A stretch of 64,000 nucleotides of DNA from Chara braunii. Taxonomy: Eukaryota > Plantae > Charophyceae. Under the pieces are notes generated by a model. That model had not been told where the DNA came from. It searched no databases and saw only the letters and a list, made by a program, of their open reading frames with translations. The first letter of the stretch is position 1. Every line of letters begins with the position of its first letter. The stretch is from contig BFEA01000003.1 of NCBI GenBank assembly GCA_003427395.1, positions 1,232,031 through 1,296,030 of the forward strand. The letters are read 5' to 3'. Positions 44,925 to 57,286 of the stretch are shown piece by piece. A program made the translations under genes and the position numbers.

Positions 44925-46790
44925 CATTTTCCTAACCATGGTTAGGAAACACAGTTTTTACGGTACCTACCTGCAGTAAATCAACTAACTGAGGTTTCCC
45001 AAATGTACTGCTGGAAATAAAATTCACGCCAAATTTTTGTATTAAGTAATTGACTCTTAACCGCGGTTTACCATCCATGGCTGGAAACATCTTTTACTGT
45101 ACTCTATCTGAAAAGAGTAAAATACAGGTTGCAACTTTGCAGTAGTAATAAGTAATGTAGTTTTACTGTGCTCAGTAACTTTTCAGTAACTGGAAAGACA
45201 GTTTTACAGTTACCGTACTCAGTAACTTAGTACTCATGAACGAACTGCGAACTGCAGCCACAGACACATTAGCCTTTGTTACTAAGTTACCCACCATAGG
45301 CCTAGAAAGTTGGAAACCAGTTTACGGTACCAGGTATGGCGCTAAGTAACTTTTTCCTAACCATGGGTTGAATTTTCCTAACCATGGTAAGTTTTCCTAA
45401 CCAGCATAGGCCTGGAAAGTTGGAANNNNNNNNNNNNNNNNNNNNNNNNNNNNNNNNNNNNNNNNNNNNNNNNNNNNNNNNNNNNNNNNNNNNNNNNNNN
45501 NNNNNNNNNNNNNNNNNNNNNNNNNNNNNNNNNNNNNNNNNNNNNNNNNNNNNNNNNNNNNNNNNNNNNNNNNNNNNNNNNNNNNNNNNNNNNNNNNNNN
45601 NNNNNNNNNNNNNNNNNNNNNNNNNNNNNNNNNNNNNNNNNNNNNNNNNNNNNNNNNNNNNNNNNNNNNNNNNNNNNNNNNNNNNNNNNNNNNNNNNNNN
45701 NNNNNNNNNNNNNNNNNNNNNNNNNNNNNNNNNNNNNNNNNNNNNNNNNNNNNNNNNNNNNNNNNNNNNNNNNNNNNNNNNNNNNNNNNNNNNNNNNNNN
45801 NNNNNNNNNNNNNNNNNNNNNNNNNNNNNNNNNNNNNNNNNNNNNNNNNNGTTGGAACACAGTTTACGGTACCAGGCATGGCAGCAAGTAACTTTTCCCA
45901 ACCATGACTGGAATTTTCATAACCATGGTAACTTTTCCTAACCATGGCTGGAATTTTCATAACCATGGTAACTTTTCTCCTAACCATGGCTGGAATTTTC
46001 ATAACCATGGTAACTTTTCCTAACCATGGCTGGAATTTTCCTGACCATGGTAACTTTCCTAACCATGGGTGGAATTTTCCTGACCATGGTAAGTTTTCCT
46101 AACCAGCATAGGTCTGGAATGTTGGAACACAGTTTACGGTACCAGGCATGGCAGNTAACCATGGGTGGAATTTTCCTGACCATGGTAAGTTTTCCTAACC
46201 AGCATAGGTCTGGAATGTTGGAACACAGTTTACGGTACCAGGCATGGCAGTAACTTTTCCTAACCATGGCGGGAATTTTCATAACCATGGTAACTTTTCC
46301 TAACCATGACTGGAATTTTCCTCTGGAAACACAGTAGGTTTTTCAGTACTCTGGAATGCGAACCAGGGTTGCAACCACAGTTCACGACGGTATATATTAG
46401 GCTTCGCTACTAAGTACACATTAGCCTATGTTGGTTGGAACACAGTTTACGGTACCAGCCATGTCAGTAAGTAACTTTTCCTAACCATGGCTGGAGTTCT
46501 ACTAAGTACACATTAGCCTATGTTGGTTGGAACACAGTTTACGGTACCAGGCATGGCAGTAAGTAACTTTTCCTAACCATGGCTGGAGTTTTCATAACCA
46601 TGGTAACTTTTCCCAACCATGGCTGGAATTTTCCTCTGGAAACACAGTAGTTTTTTCAGTACTATGGAATGCGAACCAGGGTTGCAACCACAGTTCACGG
46701 TACATATTAGGCTTCGCTACTGAGAACACATTAGCCTATGTTGCGTTACGCTAAGTGCCGCAACATAGGCCTGGAAACACAGTTTTTCTT
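44925..46790. repeat. AACCATGG-based satellite (19-21-bp subunits, ~40-bp dimer, higher-order units) spanning a gap
   Basis: Repeated TAACCATGGTAACTTTTCC / TAACCATGGCTGGAATTTTC and GGAACACAGTTTACGGTACCAGGCATGGCAG. Confidence 0.92.
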
Positions 46791-47294
46791 GGGTACGACC
46801 GTCTTCGCCCGAATATAGAATGCCTGGTACTTATTGCCATATATGGAACCTTAGCGCGGATAAGCTGAAAGGCGTAAAGCCTCGCCGCACGATGGTCAGG
46901 AAGCATCGCATAGTAGTCATGCAGGACACACAGGGGAGCATACACAGAGGGGCATTGCACTGCGGACTGAGAATTATTCTGACAGTTGGGGGGAAAAAAA
47001 CACGTTGGATGTTGTACTCGTCGATTCCAGCACCGGTCTTGGATACGGCGATATCACGAAGCGAACAGTGAGTCGGGAGTTTTTTGCAACCTGCAAAAGA
47101 AACTGGTAGCTGGTAGACACCGCTTCAGGACAGGTGTGAAAGCATCTTCTTTTGTGATGAAGCGTGTCCTTGCAAAGAAGCGTGATCCGGTTTGAGATTA
47201 CATTCACTGACAGCGGTCGTGCACATGCTTCGTCGCTTCGATTTGTAAGACATGCCAGATCCAGACAATCACTAGACACAGGCCGCACGCGCGT

Positions 47295-47333
<39 letters not shown>

Positions 47334-47653
47334 TTGTGAATGAATTTTTGTAACATGGGTATATGTATGATTAAGCTGGGATGAAATATAACATGGATGG
47401 GGCACAGCCAATTGTAGCAATTATGTTGTGGGGGGTTAGTCTATAACTGTGTGTATCTGGTATAGGGTTATGTCTACAAACATGTACAATTGAATTTTCT
47501 AGGAGTGCTGTAAATAATGGATCGATCTTATCCATGTCGTCTTCATAGAGCTCCTTACCCTAGCCGTTGGATCGCTGAGTGTAATCTCTAGCTGCATGAG
47601 CTTCTAGAATAGGATCCACCATCCGTCTGCTGCATGCCAGAGTCGCAGACTCC

Positions 47654-47758
47654 TACCTTCTTCCCCCGAATAGAACGCACGGTCATTGTCACTGCATCTG
47701 GATAGAAAGATGAGGCGAATACGGCTATAATGTACATTCTATTCGGCGGAAGACGGTA
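47654..47758. mobile_element. MITE family A copy
   Basis: cTA CCTTCTTCCCCCGAATAGAA...TTCTATTCGGCGGAAGACGG TAg. Confidence 0.85.
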
Positions 47759-48791
47759 GATAGATAGGAGGTATGGTGATGAGCAGGTGTACCTCAGGCG
47801 GTTTTAATAGGCAATCGCTAACACGCCTTCGGCTTTATGCAAAGAAAGTGACGGTCCCAGCCCACTTAGTGAATCCGGTGTGTTCTTCCCTCCCATTTGC
47901 GTTCGCGTGTGTGCATTTGCCACCTATTCAGGCTATACCATATTATCCGCGTCCAGTAGTCTTCGCCCCACCTCTTCTCTGTGCATTCCATCCTTCCGCT
48001 TCCTCTCCCTCTCCCTCTCCCTCCCCCTCCTTGCCCTCGTCCTCACAACCACATTGCCACCCCCCCCCNNNNNNNNNNNNNNNNNNNNNNNNNNNNNNNN
48101 NNNNNNNNNNNNNNNNNNNNNNNCCCCCCCCCGCTTTCCGCCTCGTCACGTATGCTGCTTCTTCCTCGGCACAGGCTGGCCCTTGGAGGATTAGCAAAAT
48201 GTTATGCCTTGCCTGTGTAGTTTGTTGTACTCTAATCAGCTCCACCTCCAAAAAAAAAGGAGAAAAAGAAAAAAACAAGTACTGCTCAACGATCAGCGGA
48301 AGCCCGCCTGCGCTACAAAATACCGCACACAGTCCTGGCACAGTCTCTGCCTTGGGAGGCTTAGCAAAATGTGTACTATTCTTTTTTTTTTTTTTTTTTT
48401 TTCGGGACGGTAAGAGGAGGCGGAGGGGATGTCCGCTACGAGGCTGGTTGGACCACTCGCCTATGTAGAGCATGTTGTTACGCTGTAATGGGTCGTAGGG
48501 CTGCTATTGCTTGATGATGATCACCGACAGCCTACGTGCTATTTTTTCGCGTGACGAAAAAAGAGCACACTGTACAGTAAGTTCGGTAACCTTGTCTAAC
48601 CACGGGTGTGTACGTTGAGTTAGCACGAGGAACGACTTTTCCCTTTTTGGGGGAATTCGTTCCTCGAGCTCTATTCTTCTTTTTTGCTTTTTTTTTTTTG
48701 CTTTTCCCCTGAGTCGGACGGCCTTGAGATATCATCATTTGGACTGATGGGGGCTTGCATGTCGTTGCGGCCAATCGTATGGCGCCTTGTC

Positions 48792-48943
48792 GAATTGCAT
48801 GGCCTTTGAGCCGGCGATGTTCTGCTCAAATTTCTGCGTATCGACTTTTGATGGTGGGAGAGAGAGGGGGCTACCATGGTGGTAATGGGTGACAGAGAAT
48901 TAGGGTTCGATTCCGGAGAGGACCCGAGAGGGAGCCTGAGAGA
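48792..48943 (+). pseudogene. Orphan degenerate 18S rRNA fragment
   Basis: Matches conserved SSU strings GCATGGCCTT..GCCGGCGATG..CAAATTTCTG and CTACCATGGTGGTAA.GGGTGAC.GAGAATTAGGGTTCGATTCCGGAGAG..GGAGCCTGAGA, with indels. No other rDNA nearby. Confidence 0.9.
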
Positions 48944-48953
48944 TGATTGGGCC

Positions 48954-49271
48954 TACCGTCTTCACCCATGAATAGAACGCACGGTCATTGTTATAGCCGT
49001 ATTTGGTGCAATTTGCCTCTATTTGGGTGAAGACGGTGTAGGTAGGTTATTCGGAATTGTTTGCATTATTTTAGCCGTCTGCTTCCAGCGGAGTTCGAAC
49101 TCTGCACCTGGTCTGTATTTCAAGTTTCAACAGTTCAGTTCAGGTCAGGGGGGGTGTACCAACTGAGCTAGGCCAGTTGTGTCCTTGAGCTCTGGCAGCT
49201 ACCGTCTTCACCCCGAATAAAACGCCCGGTCGTTATCGCTGCATCTGGTCTGACAGTTGGCCCAGACGGTA
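48954..49271. mobile_element. Two internally deleted MITE family A copies (48954-49040, 49200-49271) flanking a SINE head
   Basis: CTACCGTCTTCACCC starts and AGACGGT ends. Confidence 0.75.
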
Positions 49272-50564
49272 GCTTGACAACCGATATCAGAACTCTTCTC
49301 TCACTCTCGTGTCGATAACCTGAATATGCACAGTCGGCATGCGAAGTACAGCATTCCGGCCAAATGCAGTGTACTCTGCCGTGCAGCAGATTCACGTAGG
49401 GCGTTGCTCCACTGCACAACACCGTAAACGTATGAAGAGGTGGTTACGGTACGGGTGCATTCAAAATGTTTGGTCAGTCGAAATGCATCTGGTCCGCAGC
49501 GCAGTCCAGATGCATGTAGAATGCCGAGCAGTGGAGCGAGGCTTATAGTGTAGGTGGAGTCCTTGCTCAGCTCCTCAGCCTACAGTCCTAAGTACAGCAT
49601 TCCGGCCAAATGCAGTGTACTCTGTCAGCTCAGCCTACAGTCCTAGATCTATCTTCCGCAAAATAATCTGCGATTACCGACCGCTGTTTTTATTTAATGA
49701 TTTAATCCGCTCGGCTGGATCTCAATTTAACTAACAAGCCCCCCCTATTTTGTCAGTGTCTGTGCCTCGCTGAGTCCTTCGCGAATAACGTGATTGGTGG
49801 CCTTGCCGAGTCCAACAAGAGTGTTGGCAGAGTTTTCCGTGATATCAACAGCAATTTGGCGGCGGCGGCAGCGGCAGAGTGAGCTGTAATACCTGTGTGA
49901 TTTGTAGAGCCCATCAACGCCGAGTCGGAGCAAGTCCGTGAGGAACATCGTTTTCGGCCTTCGGCAACATCATTGGTCACCTTGGGGAGAGTCCTTGAAC
50001 GAGTCTCAGATCATTGGTCGATTGTTTCATCGATATCAACGTCGATATAATTGGCAGCGGCAGCGGCTATATAAATCTCTGTTACTTGCAGAAGCCCAGC
50101 AATGATGTGAGCGTGGACTACCGGTAGCCATCTGTGGGGGGGGGCAACAGAATCATTCGGCAGAGCGAAGGCGGGATGAGACTCTGAGGAAGCATGACGT
50201 GTTCATCTGCTTTGTCGTTGTGATTGAAGTCCATTTCAAGATTGACCGCATCGACAGGATTCTCGTCCATTTTTGCAGTCGTTCGAGAATGGCACGCTGC
50301 AGCAGTTATTCTTCATGGAGAAATTTATGAACTCTGCCGTGGTCAGACTGATGTTGACATATGCGTTGAAGGCGCTCGTGCACGAAAGGGTATGTCATAC
50401 ATACAGTCCTCTCAATGTTTGTACTCGACAGTCAATTGCATCCCTTACCCACTTGTGCATGATGGGACGGGATGAACAAATGTTTCCATGAACAAATGGC
50501 ATTCATTATTGCAGTTGGAAATGGTTATGTCTTGGGGGAGAGAGAGACAGACAGACAGACACAA

Positions 50565-50648
<84 letters not shown>

Positions 50649-51332
50649 NNNNNNNNNNNNNNNNNNNNNNNNNNNNNNNNNNNNNNNNNNNNNNNNNNNN
50701 NNNNNNNNNNNNNNNNNNNNNNNNNNNNNNNNNNNNNNNNNNNNNNNNNNNNNNNNNNNNNNNNNNNNNNNNNNNNNNNNNNNNNNNNNNNNNNNNNNNN
50801 NNNNNNNNNNNNNNTGTGTGTGTGTCTCATGTTTGCTATACACAACCCCAAAGAGAGATGCCAGACTGTGCCAGACTGTGCCAGACTGTGCCAGACTGTG
50901 CCAGACTGTTTGGTCGGACTTTCACCAACTCGTCAGGATGTTGAACCTGGACAGACAGTCTGTCCAGGATGCATTTGACTGATCGATAAGTACTCTAACC
51001 ACCACTGTGACGTCGCTCTGAGAGAGAAAAGTGGTCGACAGTACTCACACCAACCCTGCGATTCTAGCGGGCTGCGGCAGTCCAAATCCCCCTGACAAGA
51101 ATGGCAGTACGTCGGAGAAACCAATCTTGGTGTGTGTGTGTGTGTGTGTTGTGTGTGTGTTGTGTGTGTGTGTGGTATGTATGTGTGTGTGTGTGTGTGT
51201 GTGGTCGTTTAATAGCTGTCCGTATTATGCATACTGCGCTTGTGTGTGTGTGTGTGGTCGTTTAATAGCTGTCCATATTATGCATACTGCTCTTGTGTCA
51301 GGGTGGGCAGGTCCAATGGCTTGTGTGTGCGT

Positions 51333-51367
<35 letters not shown>

Positions 51368-51894
51368 GTAGGTGTGTTGCCGTCTGCCCTCAATCCTTTT
51401 ATGGGCTATGTATGTATATATTTTCGTTCATAGTTATGTGACAATATGTATAGCTCTGATAACTTTGTGACAGTATATATATAGTTACATGAACTTACAT
51501 CTCTATGGGCTAGAAGAGCGCACTTTGTGAAACACAAAAAGTGAAAATAACGAAACAAGACAAACATGAAGGGCACAGTGAAACAATTCATTCATTTTTT
51601 CCTCATTATTCTTTTAACGCCCCCTTCACCGTGGCTCTCACGTACAAGGCGCGGCGCCACGTTGATTAAGTTGAGCATGAGCTGCCGGCATCCCCGCGTG
51701 GCATAACGGCCCACCTGTACGCTGTGAGAAAGAGGCAGAGAGAGTAAAGGGGAAAAGCAGATAAACACAGGGAAGAGAGATGGAGAGAAGACAAACAAAG
51801 AACGGCAAAGGGAAAGTAAGAGCGGTATGGAACGAAGATGAAGGCGAAGGAGAGGATAAGCAAAGGGTCAAGAATGAGTCCTCCCTTGACGACA

Positions 51895-51982
<88 letters not shown>

Positions 51983-52478
51983 GTTGTAAGGATGAGGTGA
52001 GGTGGAAGACCTAGCTGAGAGCTGAGAGCATTCTCAGTACAACAATTGCCACACTGGCTGGCATTGAGCGTGGCCCACCATACACCCCCCCCACCCCAAC
52101 AACAAATGGCTTGTCGATTGCAGGCCAAAATGACTGAAGAACGCTCACCCGAAAAGACCATGCATGCAGTACAGTGCCCATGGCCGCAAAATGGACACAC
52201 CATGTTATTTTAGTGATTGCGACAGACACGTTGGCGGCGACAGCCGAGTGCAAAGCAGTAGGTCGCAGAGTGTCGATACATGCATTGTCCTGGTGCAGCA
52301 TGGGATGGGGCCAGAGCAATGATCCTGGTGGATGCATTGTCCTGGCGCAGCATGGGTGTTGTAGGCGGGGAAGATCCGCATGCAGCTGAAGGGGGATTGA
52401 AGGGAAGTCCGACGACGGTGCATAAAACGGGCGGTGGAGAATGTGAAGACGTATACGAGTTCCGGTCAGACCATGTAG

Positions 52479-52535
52479 TAGCATGGCCGCTGCGCAAGCA
52501 TGACACGCATAAATCGAGAAATGGTCCAATGTTTT
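52479..52535 (+). pseudogene. U6: 5'-truncated U6 copy (3' half) with A-rich tail
   Basis: TAGCATGGCCGCTGCGCAAGCATGACACGCATAAATCGAGAAATGGTCCAATGTTTT, then AAAAAGAAAAAAG. Confidence 0.88.
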
Positions 52536-52570
52536 CCAAAAAGAAAAAAGAAAAAACAAAGAAAGTATGT

Positions 52571-52669
52571 GTCTGGTGGGACATGCGTTAAAATAGGAAC
52601 GATACAGAGAAAGAGAAGATAAGCATGGCCCCTGCACAAGGATGAAACGCATAAATCGACAAATGGTCC
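52571..52669 (+). pseudogene. U6: U6 snRNA copy with small internal duplication (AGAGAA) and C/A-rich tail
   Basis: GGGACATGCGTTAAAATAGGAACGATACAGAGAAAGAGAAGATAAGCATGGCCCCTGCACAAGGATGAAACGCATAAATCGACAAATGGTCC. Confidence 0.9.
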
Positions 52670-53047
52670 CCCCCCCCCAAAAAAAAAGAAGAAAGTATGT
52701 GTCAGTACTGCGCGAGGACTATCCGCGACGCCATCACTTGCCGTATCCTCTCCTGGCATGTCCCACATGCGGTGTTGGGCATACCCCTGCTGCAACTGCA
52801 GTCGGATCGCTGTCATCGTTGCCGGACGAACAGCAGACACAGCAGCCTGAGGAAAATGGTCTCTCATGTGAACCAGTGTGCTGAAAGGTTATCACTACCA
52901 GGACGAGCTGCTGCAGACCAAATATTGCAACAGCGAAACACGCGTACTTTGGAGCAGCCCTCGGCGTCTCCTGTCTCGCCTCTGCTGCTCAGCTGTGTCT
53001 CTGCGCTGCGTCGTCGCTCCGCCTCCTCTGCAAGTTGCGCTGCCACA

Positions 53048-53120
<73 letters not shown>

Positions 53121-53151
53121 ATAGTGCACAGCACAACACTGCCACTCAGCA

Positions 53152-53237
<86 letters not shown>

Positions 53238-53404
53238 ACGACAGATGGGTGCGTGCTCACTTGGTGCTTAACGACACAAACATGGCCAACCTTGCATCTT
53301 CTTCTATATGGCCTATCTATTCCTTACCTTGCATCTTCTTCTATATTGCCTATCTATTCCTGTTTGTGTTATACGCATGGCTTTTGATGGTTTGTGGATG
53401 GAAT

Positions 53405-53479
53405 GAAAAAATAGATTATAAAAATCTAGATTTACTTCGTCGATTTTTAAGTGAACAAGGAAAAATTCTTTCAAAGAGA
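53405..53479 (+). pseudogene. rps18: Plastid-type rps18 fragment (NUPT, ~75 bp)
   Basis: AT-rich stretch encoding [24 protein letters not shown], the conserved ribosomal protein S18 motif; the SEQGKI form is typical of plastids. Confidence 0.85.
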
Positions 53480-53508
53480 GAGAGAGACTGAGTTTTTTTT
53501 TTTTTTTT

Positions 53509-53563
<55 letters not shown>

Positions 53564-53640
53564 GCACACATGGTCACTGCGGCTTGCTTGGTTGGTTTTG
53601 CACCGTTTGGATCTGTTGTTTTCCTTGGCCAGAATGTTCC

Positions 53641-53751
53641 TACCGTCTTCCCCCAAACAGAACAGATGGTCCTTAGCGCTGTATCTGCCCTGAAAGTCGC
53701 AGACAATACAGCTCTTATGATCATATTCATTATATGTTGGCGAAGACGGTA
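53641..53751. mobile_element. MITE family A copy
   Basis: cTA CCGTCTTCCCCCAAAC...TGTTGGCGAAGACGG TAg. Confidence 0.8.
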
Positions 53752-53968
53752 GGATTCTCCATGGTCGCAGGACTTTGAAACAGAGCCATCTCAAAAACAA
53801 GCAGGGTCAATCAATACCCTCCGCTTGTGGCTGAGTGGTACCGAATACACTACACACATGAAAGTTGATGAAACCATCAGTCAGCCAACCGATCACGGGT
53901 TCAAAATCTGATTGATGGATTAAGGTTAGGTTAGGATAGGAGCTACCCTCAGATCTGGTTCCTGGCAC

Positions 53969-54004
<36 letters not shown>

Positions 54005-54669
54005 CCACAAAGGTTAGGGGCTACCGCCGTCGGGGAAAAAGGAAATGAGGGACAAAGAGAATTTTGCTTCATAGAAAGAATGATAGGGGCAGCTGGTGCA
54101 GTTGGTGTAATCTGCCCAAGGCCGTAAGGGTAAGTACTAAATACTGGTACCCCCCTGGTACTAGATGCATGTACCTGGACTTCATCTTTGCACCCGATAC
54201 ATCCCGGCTGATCATGCATTTTTTATTATTTTTTATTTGAACTTGGTGGTTGTGAACAGGTCAGAGTCGTGGAGGAAAGTCTTGAGTGGGGGGAGTTGGG
54301 GCGCCTCGCCCGAGTGAAAAAAATTGGTAGTGCATCTGCATCTGGAGCTGGTCATGGTACTGATACATTCAAAACCCAGGATTAGCCGGAATGTATCGGG
54401 TGCAAAGACGCAGTCCAGGTACATGTGGAATCTTGCGGACTGGAGCGGGCCGTAAGCTGCAGCAAGATTCGATGTGCAGCAGCACCACCTTGTAAGAGAG
54501 AGAGCCATTCGGAAAATTGACCAGGTACAAAGGATGTGTCGAAAAATTGACCAGGTACAAAGAATGTGTGTTGCCCAACCCGGGACAAAGAACCGGTTGG
54601 CAGGGTTGCTCACAAAGTGAGATGTGTGAAGGCTGTGACTTCATTTTGTACGAACGAGGCAATATACTC

Positions 54670-55335
54670 TTAGATGCGTAAGATACTCAAGATACTTAAG
54701 ATGCTCAAGATGCTCAAGATGGGTCATGTCTCCGGCGCAAGATGGCTCATGGGGGGTCCAGCTGAAAATGGCTCATGGCTATAGCGCAGGATGGCTTAAG
54801 ATGTGTAAGATTCAGTATACTCAAAAGGATGCTCAAGATCGCTCGAATCGGTCAAGAAGATGATGGTGCAAGATGAGTCAAATAGGGCTCAAGATGACTC
54901 GAGTTGGGCTGAAGAGGGCTCAAGAGGACTCAAGATTCAATGTCCTCTAGATGCTTAAGTTGTGCAAGAGATACTCTAGATACTCACTCACTCAGGATGT
55001 GGCCCAAATGATCAATAGGGCTGGCTTAAACCACCAGTAGTACTTGCCCCAGCTGTCGGCCGTGGAAAAAAAAATAGAGTTGAAATGTTTCTAGTCCGAT
55101 GAATCTGGGTGATCCCATAGTGGTCTGTACATTCTCTAAAATCACGGCCTGTTAACGGGCACAACTTTAGGAAGTACTGGTGGTTCTAGATGGCTTAAGA
55201 TGGCTCAAGTAAGACGGCGCAAGATGGTGGCCAAGCTGCTCAAGATGCGCACAGGTACTCCAGACAGATGGTATCGAAGATGCTCAAACGGTCAAAAGAC
55301 GGTCAAAAGACGGCTCAAGATGGCTCAAGATGGGT
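54670..55335 (+). repeat. Degenerate 9-10-bp CTCAAGATG repeats, interrupted by a TTAA-type unit
   Basis: GCTCAAGAT variants on both sides of 55026-55190. Confidence 0.8.
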
Positions 55336-55434
55336 AAACCACCAGAGCACCCAGGCCTGGAGGCGCTGCGCTGCACGCCAAGCTTTTCCAAACCGCTGGC
55401 GGTGCACTTTCTTTCTCTTACCATTTTTGCTGGA

Positions 55435-55825
55435 ACCGCCGGCCGTTGCGGTCTGTTACCCTGGCCGCCGGTCGTTGAGGCCTGAAAAGTTTGGAGTTGG
55501 CTACTCGCGATGATTTGCATTGCCGAAGTCGCCCGATATTATACGGCTACGACTCTGGCGAGTCTCTTCGAGTGTCTCTACACGCTCGCCAGACCTACCA
55601 ACAGCCGTTGTGGTCTGTGTACCCCTGAGGCCCTAAAAGTTCGGAGTTGGCTACTCGCGATGATCTGCATTGCTGAAGTCGCCCGATATCTCATACGGCT
55701 ACGACTCTGGCGAGTCTCTTCGAGTGTCTCCAACCACACGCTGACCAGACCTACCGCCAGTCGTTGTGGTCTGTTTACCCCTGAGGCCCGAAAAGTTCGG
55801 AGTTGGCTACTCGCGATGTTCTGCA
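55435..55825 (+). repeat. ~150-157-bp tandem repeat, about 2.5 units
   Basis: CTACTCGCGATG, each preceded by GGAGTTGG, at 55501, 55651 and 55808. Confidence 0.9.
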
Positions 55826-56994
55826 AGGCCCATGGGGCTGTTTTACCGGCGGTTAAAAATTTAACCTCCACTATCTTTCCCAGGCAATGTCGAGGGACGA
55901 AAACATAACAACCATGGTTCTTCCGATGAATAGTGCCTCGGGACCGAAACACGGGACCAAAGTGCAGTACCGAAATGGTTGGCGGCTCCTCGGCCTAACG
56001 TTGAAGAAAACGCCGTCATGGCCGTTCTCTCTTTTTTTTTTGCCGCGCAGCTGCTGGAATTGGCCTGTCCGCCTTTGCTCAGACTCGGTGGTTCGGTTTA
56101 AACGCGCCAGTGCCTTTCCCAGCAATTGGAAATTGGCCGCGGGCCCTGCACGCCAAGGATTCGGGATGTGTATCTCGCCGGGGCGCTCTTTAACCGGCGA
56201 GCTTTTTTTTTTTTTTCGTGCCTGGGAAAGGTGCTGGCGGATTAAGATTCTCAAGGTTCTCAAGGTGATGTGTTGTTGACATGAAAGAGAGATCGATGTG
56301 AAAGTGCATGGGTGTTGAAATGACACAGACCCGAAGGGCTGCCGAGGCCTGAAGGTGAGGGGAACAGACAGGACAGTGGAACCGTGGGGCTCAACTGGAC
56401 CTCTGCGGACTGTGAGCAGCGCCGTGGATGAGTGTGCGGAGTAGAGAAGGTTTTTGTGCTAATGCGAGCAGCGGATGAGCGGCGGAAGAGCATGTGCGTC
56501 GAGCGCTCTTTGACATGTCAGTTGGAGTTGAAGGCAAGGGGAAGCACACACGTGTGCTGGGTGCAAGTGAACGTTTGTAGACAGTGAGCGGAGGAGTGGA
56601 CGAGTGTGCAGGTGAGAGCCGTGGTTTGGTGCACATGTGTGAGCAGCAGAGGAGCGATGGGTACGGTAGAGAATTAGATAAGCAATATAGCTCTGTTCGG
56701 AATTTTTTTTTCCGTTTTTTTGTTTTTTGTTTTTTTGTTTGTTTGGCTGAGAAACGGCTCAAGAATTGAGAGGCGATCGCAGAATGGTGGGCAAAAAAAA
56801 ATAAAGTCTTAAGTTGTAGGGGGAAAAAAAAAGAAAAAAAAAAAGGCGATTTGGGACAAAATATGGAGTAGGGATGGGTTAGGGTAGCCCCCCCCCCTCT
56901 TTCGTCGGGTTTACCGCCCTCTCTTTTGTCTGGCTTTTCTTTTGTATGTCTTCGGCGATTAATTAACCGCATAATAGTTGTCACTACCTGTTAG

Positions 56995-57286
56995 TCTTCG
57001 CCGACTCTTGGGCTATTCTTTTGTTGTTTTCTTTGGCTTTTCGTTTCTTCTGTTCGGCTATTCTTTTGTTGTTTTCTTCGGCTTTTCTTTTCTTCTGTTT
57101 GGCTATTCTTTTGTTGTTTTCTTTGGCTTTTCTTTTCTTCTGTTTGGCTATTTTTTTGTAGCTGTCTTCGGCCTTTCTTTTCTTCTGTTCGGCGATTCTT
57201 TCGTTGTTTTCTTCGGCTTTTCTTTTCTTCTGTTTGGCGATTCTTTCGTTGTTTTCTTCGGCTTTTCTTTTCTTCTGTTCGGCTTT
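56995..57286 (+). repeat. 45-bp T-rich minisatellite; related degenerate array at ~57900-58100
   Basis: Repeated GGCTATTCTTTTGTTGTTTTCTT(C/T)GGCTTTTCTTTTCTTCTGTT. Confidence 0.9.

Noticed and set aside
45851-46640. CRISPR-like regular repeats (also 29834-29972 and 56995-57286)
   Set aside because: No unique spacers, no cas genes, eukaryotic context; these are satellites.
52697-53491. 264-aa ORF ending in an S18 motif
   Set aside because: Open only because of (CT)n and (CA)n tracts; the S18 part is a short organellar insert, not a gene.
54233-54613. Protein-like short frames (also 25848-26237, 46870-47110 and 59990-60530)
   Set aside because: No recognisable motif or consistent splice structure; could be decayed exons or TE coding remnants but cannot be supported without a homology search.
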